From: Perna viridis | Taxonomy: Eukaryota | Direction of reading: 5' to 3' | DNA length: 64,000 nt | Assembly (NCBI GenBank): GCA_037379345.1 | Contig: CM074516.1 | Location: forward strand, 40,461,626 to 40,525,625 | Shown here: in pieces, positions 1 through 12,200 of the stretch | Layout of the letters: each line of letters begins with the position of its first letter | Position numbering within the stretch: the stretch's first letter is position 1 | Position numbers and translations under genes: made by a program | Notes under the pieces: model-generated | What the model was told of the DNA's origin: nothing | The model's input: only the letters and a program-made list of their open reading frames with translations | Databases searched by the model: none

Positions 1-400
1 GGGAGAAGTAGACTGCTTACGCGTACTCTTTTCTCCTTTGAAAGGAAAAGTAAACTGCTAACGCGTACTATGTAGAACTTAGAAAGGAGAAGTAGACTGC
101 TAACGCGTACTATGTGGTACTTAGAAAGGAGAAGTAACTGCGAACGCGTACTATGTAGTACTTAGAAAGGAGAAGTAGACTGCTAACGCCTACTATGTGG
201 TACTTAGAAAGGAGAAGTAAACTGCGAACGCGTACTATGTAGTACTTAGAAAGGAGTAGACTGCTAACGCGTACTATGTAGGCCTTTGAAGGGATAAGTA
301 GATTGCTAACACGTACTAAGTAAGTTGGCCTTTGAAAGGAGAAGTAGATTGCTAACGGGTAATATGTAGGCCTTTAAAAGGAAAAGTAGACTTCTTACGC
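1..400. repeat. ~42-bp tandem minisatellite/satellite, ~9 degenerate copies, continues off the left edge
   Basis: Unit GAAAGGAGAAGTAGACTGCTAACGCGTACTATGT(A/G)GTACTTA repeated head-to-tail with no unique spacers; it decays towards position 400. Confidence 0.9.
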
Positions 401-1035
401 GCTAGATAACAGACATTCCCTACATAAAGACATTTCGAAAAGATTTAGGTGAAATAACAAATCATTCATAAGCAGTCATAGTTGATAGACGAAAATAGTA
501 AAGAAAGACTTCATACAAAGAAATTGAAGGTAAACTTATACATAATATATATTTGAATAAGTTTAATTAAAGTATTTGCTTTCTGCATTAGCATTCATAT
601 TCTAACTTCGTCAATCGTTAAGAGTACGTATTCAATTTAACGATCAATAGAGATCTGGTTCCTGGGTATATGCTTCATTATCACTAGACATTTAAAGAAT
701 TTTGTCAATAATGAATTGTACAAATATAAATCACAAAATTTCTTTATAAACCATTATATAAGGTGTGGTATATGTTCTAACATGCAGGCCGAAGTAATTG
801 TCAAAAAATCTGTCAAACGGATCAATAATCGCCGATTTTAAAGTTTGATCAATCAACACAGGGAATACACAAAATAACCTACATAGTAGCGAAATCACAT
901 AATAATCCTCTAATCGCTGGATAATTCCCATCTGATTTCACAAGTTGATACACATTTGAGACAATGATATTTGAATCATGAAGGAGAGACTATAGATGAC
1001 GGATTTTTATACAGTGGGATCAAAATAGCAGCAAA

Positions 1036-1947
1036 ATGTCAGCAAATTCGTCCAACTTAGTTCGACAAGAGGACGAACTTAAAAGGAGACTGCAAAAGCT
1101 ATCTCGTACCTATGACCTAACGACGATGAAAATTTTCATCGTTGTAGAAAGTCTTAGTGACTCTCGTGTGTGCAGCACATACAACCCCGAGAAAAGGAAT
1201 AAGTGGGATACGTTTCTTTTGAGGAAGGAAGCTTGTCGCTTAGATCTGAACAAACATGAGAAAAACAAACAAAACTACCACGAATTTCTTACCAATATAC
1301 CAAGGGAGGAGCAGGGCAAGCAATTTGTGTCGGCATTAACTAATCATTTCCACATCAAAGGAGCTGAGGACCCATTCGGACAGGCCAAGAAACACGACCA
1401 AGAGGAAGTTAGTGCTACATTCTGTGGACACTTGTGTCGATTGTTCGAACGTAAGATAAACAGTTGGTTCGAAGCTTTCGAAGCTGTAGCGGTCAAACTT
1501 ACAGGACACGTGAAAGTTTCTAATTTCGTTCGTGTTTTAAGTGGGCAAGTCGATGCACTTTGCCACAAAGATGGTTGTATGTATGCGGTAGCATTTAAAG
1601 TTACTGGAATGGACACACCAAGACCTCTGGATGTTGCCGAATTATGCCTGTATAAAAGTCTCGTTATTCAAAATGGACTTGCAGATCCCGATAACCTCAA
1701 AATGTGTCTTTTAGCCCTCCACTTGACGCACGAAAAACCTATTTTAAGATTATGGGAATACTCCCCAACTGCGGAAATGGAAGAGTCTATACGAGAAGCA
1801 GACATCGACAGACTCATAGACGCGGGAAAACTGAGCCAATACCATGAATTCTGGAAGGACAATGTTCACGTGGTACCAGCTCCTGTATTGTCGGACAGGT
1901 CCACATATGGCTCATCTAGGGGACAAAGGGAAGACAGCTACAGATAA
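1036..1947 (+). CDS. Intronless 303-aa uncharacterised protein with a putative variant PD-(D/E)XK nuclease-like fold
   Basis: 912-nt open frame, GC-richer than its flanks, CAAAATG start context, AATAAA at ~2112. Motifs SGQVDAL...YAVAFKVT...ELCLY resemble G-x-x-D...(D/E)xK...QxxxY of RecB/MGME1-type nucleases. The fold assignment is inference. Confidence 0.7.
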   Translation: MSANSSNLVRQEDELKRRLQKLSRTYDLTTMKIFIVVESLSDSRVCSTYNPEKRNKWDTFLLRKEACRLDLNKHEKNKQNYHEFLTNIPREEQGKQFVSALTNHFHIKGAEDPFGQAKKHDQEEVSATFCGHLCRLFERKINSWFEAFEAVAVKLTGHVKVSNFVRVLSGQVDALCHKDGCMYAVAFKVTGMDTPRPLDVAELCLYKSLVIQNGLADPDNLKMCLLALHLTHEKPILRLWEYSPTAEMEESIREADIDRLIDAGKLSQYHEFWKDNVHVVPAPVLSDRSTYGSSRGQREDSYR

Positions 1948-4685
1948 GAGACAGGCTAATTCTGAATATGGCGCGTTTCGTTTGTGCTTTTTGTCCACGA
2001 TATAGATATGTTATAACATTTAGCACTTTCCATAACTACTAAGCAGTTTTCAATGATCAATTCAAAAACTGCAAAAATTTAACACTAAAACAAATTCCTA
2101 TCATTCGTATCAATAAATAAGGACAACTTATTCCAAAGTTCAAATGTTGAAGTGTACTCGTCTCTATGATGATATGCAATCATTTTCAAATCTTCGAGAG
2201 ATTAGAGACACTATCTAAAAAGAAGTATTTTTGGTACCACATGTGTATTCTTTTTTTTGCTGAAAGTTTTTTTTCACTTATAAAATCACCCCCATATCAT
2301 CTTCAATGCCCACAAAATTTTATATTAATATTTTTGTAATTCTATCAAAGATGTGCCATACAAATCATGTACTTATTCAAAAATCATTTTCATGATAAGT
2401 CATTTTAAACCAATCAATTTAATGGAAGTAGTGGTGGCTCAGACTGGCAAATGGATATTAATATATAGTATCATACTTATGACTTTTGACTTGAAATAAC
2501 AATGAATAATACCATAATAATCAGAATCAGTCTGCTGTGAATTATTTCTTTTTTTTTCACTAATCCATTTGTACCAATGCAATATTTATAAATTCACACC
2601 TATTAGCTACAGACAGGACTGTTTCCAAGGATGAGTAGAAATTAACCAGATGATATCATTATTGGTATAAAAGTGGTAGAGAAGTCAATAGCCTTAGGTA
2701 TAGAACAAGGACATTCATGTTTATTTTTACCATGTCTGATATTTTTCTATGAATTAATTCGTTGCGTTATTAATGTTCTTGTAAGTTATTACTTGCCTAT
2801 TTTGTTTACAATAAATGTTTTATAAGGGTTATGTTTATTATTTGTACAGAAAATTTTCATGTAGCAAAATTGACTAGCAGATAACTATATGGAATTTACA
2901 ATATACTGATTATTGAAAATTTCTTGCTCAATTTTCACACCTTCTGACTGGTGTGTGAAATAATGTATCTTTCAACAGATGTATTTTTTATTGTCAACAG
3001 ATGATTCATTTGAGTCCTGTAGTAGTCATCAAGACAAGTTGTTTTCCAAAGAAACAAATTTTTTGTGATTTGCCAATAAAATGAGCTACAGTCAAAAATA
3101 AAAAGGTATTAAAGATACATAATATTACAACATATTTTGTGTCAAACTGCTTTTCTAAACTCTTCATACAATGTATTTACATGTATTTCTATTTTAGTAA
3201 TTCTACAATGTATAGCAAACCTCACAGTTTGGATTGAAAAATAATCATCTGTGGATGTCACGGAAGATTTTATATATTCTTCTCTTCTTTGTGTAAAAAT
3301 TTATTTTTTACACACCATATACCACAGAACTACAAGAAAATGACAATTAAACAGATGATGATATGAAAACTATCAACACCAGAAATATAACTTTTATTCA
3401 ACAAATGTAATACATTGAATAAACAACAGATCAGAAGGATAAATAAATATTTGATATTGCACTGACATAACAAGAGGAACAAACTTTTTACTGACATCAT
3501 AACAAGTACCATACATACATGTACATGTATATGAGATTTGGCAATATACAAAAATGTAGCATCACAACACAACAAATGGATTTCATGATGGAAAGGGATT
3601 TCTGTAAATAAGATTACTGGCAGTATTTTATGCACAAACACAACTTCAGCAATAGTGCTATTAGCATAGAGCTGTATAATATGGAAATGCAAAATTCACA
3701 AATCAATTATAGAAATAAATGGCAGCAGCTTGCACCACATGAAACTTTAAAAAATAACTTTTTTAAATTACTTTTAAGTAAGCTCCTCTCTATCCCAAGC
3801 ATCAATAGCAATTTTGTTTTTATCCATGAGAAAAAGTAATCTTCCTTATAGCATTACTGAATTAGACAGATGACAATTTTAAAAACATAGTTTACATAAT
3901 TAAAATATGAAAAAAAATTAGTTATTTAAGTGCTTCATTAAGTCAGAAAGTAGAAAAATAATGAAATAAATTCATTCTTAATAACATTAATTTGATAAAA
4001 CAGGCACAAAATTCTATACACTATACCAATATTAAGTGATTTCAATGAGCTATATGTGTTCAGTCTACCGTCGGAGAACTACTGACTATGTTTTCCCCAA
4101 GATAGATCATTACCTATTGTTTTGAGTATGCAATATAGATTTATTAAAAATATATACCCTTATATTTGCTTGCAAATGAACAGCATTTCAAATCTGCTGT
4201 TAGTATGGTATCATTCTAAACATTTTTAATACTTTCTTTGCAAGAAATGTTAAGAACACAAAATCCTTCATTTGCAGAAATCTATGAAGGAGACAATTAA
4301 ATGATAATTCATCCCAAATATATTTACCAGACAAATGTATTTGAATGAAAAACTGATAAAAATAACACTAATGTATTATCTATCACAACAAGAGGCAATA
4401 GGTTGATCCAGGCAGCTAACCCCCACTCTCTATAAGCTCCCTCTTAGACCAGTAAGCCCCCTTGGACTTTCCACCAGAGTTTCTGAATCTGAATAATTGG
4501 CTACGGAATATATTACCATTGGTTGATTCAAAATATTGCTTGCTAAATTTTGCTAAAGAAACTATCAATTACATTATTTCACCTACAAGATTTCTAACAT
4601 AAAATATGAACCAATAATAAAAACCAAAAAAAAAAAAAACACTTAACAATAAACTAATCAAAAAGTTTGGCATCAGAATCAGATC

Positions 4686-4894
4686 CATTGTAATATACTG
4701 GCATAGCAGATTGTTACAGTCCAAACATTGTAATATACTGACATAGCAGGTTGTTACAGTCCAAACATTGTATATATTGGCATAACAGGTTGTTACAGTC
4801 CAAACATTGTAATATACTGGCATAGCAGGTTGTTACAGTCCAAACATTGTAATATACTGGCATAGCAGGTTGTTACAGTCCAAACATTGTAATA
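4686..4894. repeat. 40-bp minisatellite, ~5 copies (probably within the ARFGEF3 3' UTR)
   Basis: Unit CATTGTAATATACTGGCATAGCAGGTTGTTACAGTCCAAA in tandem. Confidence 0.9.
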
Positions 4895-6284
4895 AAAAGA
4901 TGTGTCAAACCTTCAAAACTTACAATCTTATTATTGTTAAAGTCACTAAACCTAAAACTCTCTTATTTATTAGCAAGACTATACTGACAATCGTCAAGTT
5001 CATTTTGGGACAACAGAAACCTTACTACTTATTTAAATACTCAAAAAGTTAAAGATTCTTGTAACTGTTGAAACATGGTATATTACTGGTTGATGTTTTT
5101 ATACCTCATATTAGTATACAGATGTGTCTAACCTGCATAACTAATAACATATTTAATGTAAATGTCACAAAAACTCTCCAATAAATCAGTAATACATGTA
5201 CCAGTACATCTTGTTATTTAATAACAACCCCATTATCTACTTTTGTGGAGATAAAAAAATACTATAATGACAGTCTTCAAGGTCATCAAATGTCAACTTA
5301 AACTCTATCACCTACTAGTTTTTAAAATGTTAAAAAGTTTGAGATTCCTGTAACAAAATACAACTGAGATTATGCAAAAACCATGAATGAAGTCAACAGT
5401 GTTATACATGTTTATTCCATGGTACCACAAGGCTCACTACAAAGTAGAACACAATAGTTAACACAAAATGAGTTATTATTTATGGCATTGATGGATTGAC
5501 TAGACTGATTTAGTAACAAGATAGAAACATCAAATTGTTCCTACATTAATAACTACAGATATTCTGGAATGGGCACTAAATTTAACACTGAAGAAAGGAT
5601 ACCTATGAGTTCCTTCAAATTAAATGTCCCATGTTAAACACCAATACTATTGCTCCCACTGCATGATGCATATCTATTTATTACACAAATTCATTTATTT
5701 CTCCACCATTGTTTGCATGTTTACTTCTATTGATTGCAATTTAAATGTAAAATTTTAAAATTTAAGTACCAGTCTATATAAAATTCAGACACTGTCCATA
5801 TTAAAGTGATTCATGGTGAAGAAAAACCCACCGAACAATGCTTTTTCAATCTGCATATGCTATATTTTTACGAAACAGTTGTCCTTTCTATATTCAGATC
5901 TGTACTTTTGAGAGAATCATACATTTATCTTCCACTAAAATCAACAAATCGAACAAAATCAAGAAAGATAACTCTGCAAAGTGCTAATTTCATGTATATT
6001 CTATATAGATTTTATCTCAAAAACGCAACGACAAAATGAAAAACTATGACTGGTTATGTGGTCTGTAACTGATTCTGAATAAGAAATAAAAGTGAATTTA
6101 GTGGGTTTTTGACATGCATGAATCATATTCTGCCTGATTTTTAGAAAGACTGATACTTAATCACAAAAATAACCTGATATTGCACATGTTTCTCCAAATA
6201 AATACCGGTAGTGGCTATTTTAATGCATCCAGGTTTACCAAGTATTGCAAAATCACATAAAATCTGTAACTATGCATGCAAACA

Positions 6285-9200
6285 CTAAGTAACAAAGTCC
6301 ATCATAACACCAATACGATGGACCCATTGTCCCAAGGCCTCCCGTAGTCGACGGTCTTCTCCGTGACATACTAACTGGTTGACGCAGTAGAACATTGCAG
6401 GTTGAAGCAGTCTGAACTGAGTGTCTGGTTGTTGTTGGAATAGCCCCAGGGTCGTACAGAGAAGTTCTGTCCAAGACTGAATTCTGGCTTCACTGTCCTG
6501 TAGGGTAAAAAACGTTCATTCATGCTGTCAGTGAAATTAATACTGCCTGCTCTTTGTGCAGAATAGAAAGTACTGGTACTTATTTTATGGTTAGGATAAC
6601 AAGGCTGATACTACATGTACTTTTTAAAGACAGCAACATAAGATGTAATTCATGTATTGAAATTTACCGTAAGGAATTATTTTAGTGGTGGTTTATACTG
6701 AAAAAAAAAATGTGGCATGATTTCATTCATAGTAGTTTTAACTCCAATTTTTAATTTTTTCTCCATATCACATAAATTTTATAGTTGCAAAATTGAACAA
6801 TTCACTTATGTGTTAATTACAATCTGGAGAGTTTTTTCAAGTTAAATACATTACACTCATTATGAGGTTATCCTTTTACATACTTATCATTATTTCCTAT
6901 TAAAATCTCCACTACATTTGCTGTTTTTTAGAGGGAGGGAAATAAGAAGATAATAAGGGCAATATTAATGGTCAACCTGTTCAATAGTTCAATCTTTTTG
7001 ACTGTCTGGTAAAAACTTAAAAACAAATAACAATAAACAAAACAATGCATGCTCTTACTACCTTCATTATTGAAGACTTCCTCTGTTTAGCAATAGTCTC
7101 ATCAATGCTTTCAGATTTCTTGAGTATTGGTTTTTGTTTTTTCTCCTTGGATATTTTAACAAAGGTTGGCATGGCATGGTGTTGTTTGCGTTTTTTATAT
7201 TCGGTCATTAGTGACTTTATGAGCGTGTCTGTTGCCAGGGTGTACACTTTGCTCTCCTGTTCTTCTCGTATTTCTCGTTTACTTTTCATATGTTTGGAAG
7301 ATACTGATGCTGTGTCAAAATTATCATCAACTGTTTCCTCTGTTAACAGCTCTGGAGTTGCTTGTTGGTACACCTCTGTAAAGTAAAATACTCCAAGTTA
7401 AATCTGTATCAAATTGACATATTTTTTTCAAAATGAATATAAATTTGAATTTGAAAATCTGAAGTAACTAGTTTGATATTCAGACTATGGTTTGTTCAAC
7501 TTACTGGCAATTTTTTAAAATTATTTTGTTAACAAGTTTCTAAATATCTAATTGAGACTTTGCTACAAGTATATATAAATTATTTGAGGTTTGCAGTGCA
7601 AAGATGTTAAAAAAACACCCATAAATAAATATATCTGATGGTAGTCTTATGTCCCATACCTTGAAGAGGAACATCTTTTGTGGTTATGACACATTCTCTA
7701 TCCTGTGAAGTCTCTGATTCGGATCTTGATTTTTTCTTCTTTTTTACAAAGTTGGAGGAGAATTCATCTGGCTGAGCTATGATGAAAAAGACCTGCTGCT
7801 CTGACATCTGATCAACTTTAGATGAAGACTCATCATAAAGAATATCTACATATGTATGGCACAGTTCATCACAAACACTCCTTAACAACTGTAGGAAAAG
7901 AGATGGGCAAGCCTCCATCTTACTTTTGTTGGTTAGATATTCTGACTCCAGCTGATTGATATCCTTTATAAAGTGATCTACCCCAGTAATACATTTGATG
8001 TGGTTACTGCTCAGGTCTGGAATGTTGATACAGATCTGTAGTAATGTATGGATGTAGAATATCATTGATGCCCCTGCCTGCTTGTAAAGATTGACAGCTA
8101 CCTCTGTCCTGGCTACTTTCTGTATGAGGAACTTCAGACCTGGTCGAGAGTCAAATTCAGCAGCAAGTTTGTAGGACTGACGTAAACAATGTAAGAATCT
8201 GATGATGTTCCTTACTGACAGGTGATTCAGAAGTCCTGTAATAAAATGTAAGACTTGATGATGTTTTTTACTGTCAGGTGATTCAGAAGACCTGTAATAA
8301 AATGTAAGAACTTGATGATCTTCCTTACTGACAGGTGATTCTGAAGACCTGTAATAAAATGTAAGACTTGATGATGTTCCTTACTGTCAGGTGATTCAGT
8401 AGACCTGTAATAAAATGTAAGAACTTGGTGATATTCCTTACTGTCAGGTAATTCAGAAGACCTGTAATAAAATGTAAGAACTTGATGATCTTCCTTACTG
8501 ACAGGTGATTCAGTAGACCTGTAATAAAATGTATGAACTTGATGTTCCTTACTGACAGGTGTCCAATGTGTCCTACTTAACTACCACAGAACACCTGTGT
8601 GATCTTTTGGACACAGTCTTTCAAATCTGAATAGCTGTCAATTATGATGATCTTAACCTTTGAATTTGCCATCCACCATCATAATTGAGTTATTCAAACT
8701 TTAACATTTAAAAAAAACAGTGTCCAATTGATTACACAGGTATTTTATGGTAGTGAAACAGGGGACATTGGAAAAATGTAGGACAAATTTCTACCTATAG
8801 AGCTATTTAAATCACTCACTAACCTACCTAAATTTGTATTGAAATTGGAACTGGTCTATTTCAACTAGTTGCAAAATTTGTCCCAACTTAGTTTTGTTTT
8901 ATTTGAAGTGCGTATTGTGGACAGATCAATGTTAATGATGTCACAGTAATAAGTTAGTTAATGTAAAATAACCTATCTTGCCCAGATGAGAAATTAATAA
9001 TCAAATCAAATTATAAAGAAATAATCTCAAACAAGTGAGCAGGTTATATTCACAGGTTCACCATGGGCATTGAGGTTATTTCAAATAGACCAAATTACTA
9101 GTAGTATCAATTCAATTGTCTGTTTTACATGTCTGGTTCTTGTCCCTGGATTACATTCTTTTGATTACTGCTATACATGGATCCAGAAACAGTCAAAAAT

Positions 9201-12200
9201 GACGGTCATTGACTGACAAATTTTGCAAATGACAGACGTCAATTTTCCAATATCGGACATACAAAAATTGTCAACCCTTATAAATTACAGTCTGTGTGGT
9301 TTTATTAGTGTACAAACATCCTGTCTACCAGTGTCCTAATTGTTTATTGGAAATTAATTGACAGGTGTGTGTTAATTTTAGCCAATGTGCAGTCACCTGT
9401 GACTGTGATTTACCTGTAACTGATTAGTTGATTGCATAATTGAATTAACGGTACACGTGCAGCCCCACTGCCTATACAAATTAATTGAAGTAACTCGGAG
9501 AATCTTCATACATTTATTAATTAAGAAAAAGATTAACAAGTCCACCATTTTCCCGCAGATTTTTCAGAGGTAATAACGAAAGCACATGGAACTGAAACTA
9601 CGAATCAGTCGTACATGTATTTTGCAATTATTAATTCGTCGATTGAATTGTTTTAACACAGAAGTCAACAGACCATTTAAATCAATATGCAAAATGTGTT
9701 CGTGATTTCCTTTTATAAATAATCAACATTTTTTCCATCACTCAGAAGGTTTCAGCTGTTTGCCTATGTGATGGAAAAGTCCGAGAGATACGATGTTTTG
9801 TTTACATTTTAGAACGTCCATGAGTGGTCCAAACCAAATGTGTTCACTCGCTCTGATATTTTGTAAAAGACAGAGTATGTGATGAAATAACACACTTTCC
9901 AACATTTATCTTAAAAATAACTACATACAAACATTTTTTAAGTTTATTTTTGATCTGAGCATGTAAAAGATTGACGAAAACATCAGGTGAAGTTTGATAA
10001 AATGTCCGGCATGGGCTGTCAAAATTTCCAGACCCTTGCTGCTATACCCTTGGTTCCGTTGATTACTTTTTCAACATCAAAAAAGGTTGATAATGTCACA
10101 GTCACATTACACAATTTGGTTGATGTGATGATGGACAAATCTTAAATAATCAAGTTTCAAAGGTGTGCTAATTACCTGTATTGCTATCATTAGCTTTCTG
10201 ACTTGACAGGTGCTCACTACTGAGCAGGATACTTCCAACAGTCTGTAACAATAGCTGATTGGACAACAAACCAATGACCACATTCCTGAATGGTATTCTA
10301 GAAAATCAAGTAGAATAATTTTCTCATTTTTAGGTTGCTTTCTGTTTCAAGTCTTTGATACAAAAAATCAGTGTTTTAAGTTAAAACTTAAATATGTTCA
10401 GGCAGATCATCGATAGAAATATAGCTAAAATCTTAAGAAACTAGGGAAGAAAACAAAATTATCTTATTTTATACCTTTACAAAAAAACTATACACGTTTT
10501 TACAAATTTGTCACAAGAGCAAATGGTAAAATATGTTTTTGTATTTGACTTGGGAGAGGAATAAAAATGGGAGTGAAGCAGTGACTCCTACCTTGTAACA
10601 ATATCATCAGGATTCAGACTGTTTTCAGTACCAGGTTTATATAACAAGAAAACAAATGATTTATCAGCCTCATTCTCGAACTCAGGGTCCACATCTCTCT
10701 TTATCTGAGTATCAAGAAGGAAAACCTGAAATGATATAAAAAAAAACTTACAATACACCATATAATACTTTTAGGCTGGACAACTAAATTCATATCAATC
10801 TATAATTGAATGACTTGAAAAGATCAAAACATCTTCCAATCCTCGAATTTGTGTGTGTATGATTTCTTTTTTTTTAAAACACAAAATGATTCAAATAAAT
10901 GAGAAAAAATAAAGGAAAATATTCATATTTTGATCCCAGTATAATGAAATTCTTCTTGGCAACAGTAGTAGCCTTTCAGTGAGTAAGACCCACAGGTTGC
11001 AGATAATAGTTAACTCCATACAAATGGAAGTTTTAGGAGTTTTAAATTCATTTTAACATGACTTTTATTAATCAAACCTTAATTTCTACAAAAGATGTTT
11101 CTCAAGATAAAAATATGTTATTGCTGAGTTGATATGTAGAAAATGAAGCTCAATCATTTTAAAGAAAGTATTTAATCAGGCAGCAATCTAATACAAAAAA
11201 TGAAATTGGAAATAAAAAAATCGCTTTTCCAGAATTCTAAATAAACTTGTTTATCATTCAGGTGAGACATCTCCATTAAAGAGAGTAATTATAATTATAT
11301 CAATTATTAAAAATATTTTAATTATAATGAATTATACAAAAAAACTTTTACTCCAACAGGTGAAATAAGTAATTAGGTCAAGGTGTAATAAATCAATCTG
11401 ACCTCAGGTAGTTATACTCCACAGATATTTTGCATTGATAATTAACAATTGCATGTATCTAACAGAGTATTATTTGGCACCTAATATAAATATACTACTG
11501 GGTTATCATAAAAGCATCAAACTGTTTATCACTCATTACAGTAGGAGGTGTAAACATACTGTGAAGTGGAGACACAATTAATTTATGTATTTACTAACTA
11601 ACAAAGGAACTTGTCACAAAGAAATATAGAGAGGGATTGTATTAACTAGAATTTCTGTTGAAAGAGAAAAGGTGTTATATTTGCTCTTTGGAAGTATTGA
11701 AATCTATTCTTACACAAAAATATAGAAGAAGATATCCAAAGGGGATTGCTGCTAATCAATTTCAAATTGCCATTGTGGTAAGTTTTTCATGAACTATTAC
11801 ATTTATCAACTTAGTGCTACTTTTCATTTACACACACTATTAGAAAGAGTGCTTCACGGCAGTGCTAAAAGTGCCTACTACTAAAGGAAGAGCAGTGACT
11901 TATCATACTTTTTCTGTAAGCCTTCGAGATCAAAATACGATATGTCTGTAGAAGGAAGATTTCAGCAATCAACCCTGACAGTGATGAGGAGAACTGAACC
12001 AACAGTAACCATAGTGAGGGGATCTAGATTTCAGCAGCTCATGAGAGCTCAGAGCTATATGAGGAAGGCCAGACAACAGATAGACATTCTGGAAAATAAA
12101 CTTATGGACCTTCATCTCATGGTGGAAAAATCTAAAGTGCAGGATTTACCAATAGTTACAGCACAAATCAACAGGAGAATTAGTATTATTGAGGGAGTAA

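Noticed and set aside
1-400. Possible CRISPR array beside a Cas4-like nuclease
   Set aside because: Units are contiguous with no unique spacers, and the context is a spliced eukaryotic genome.
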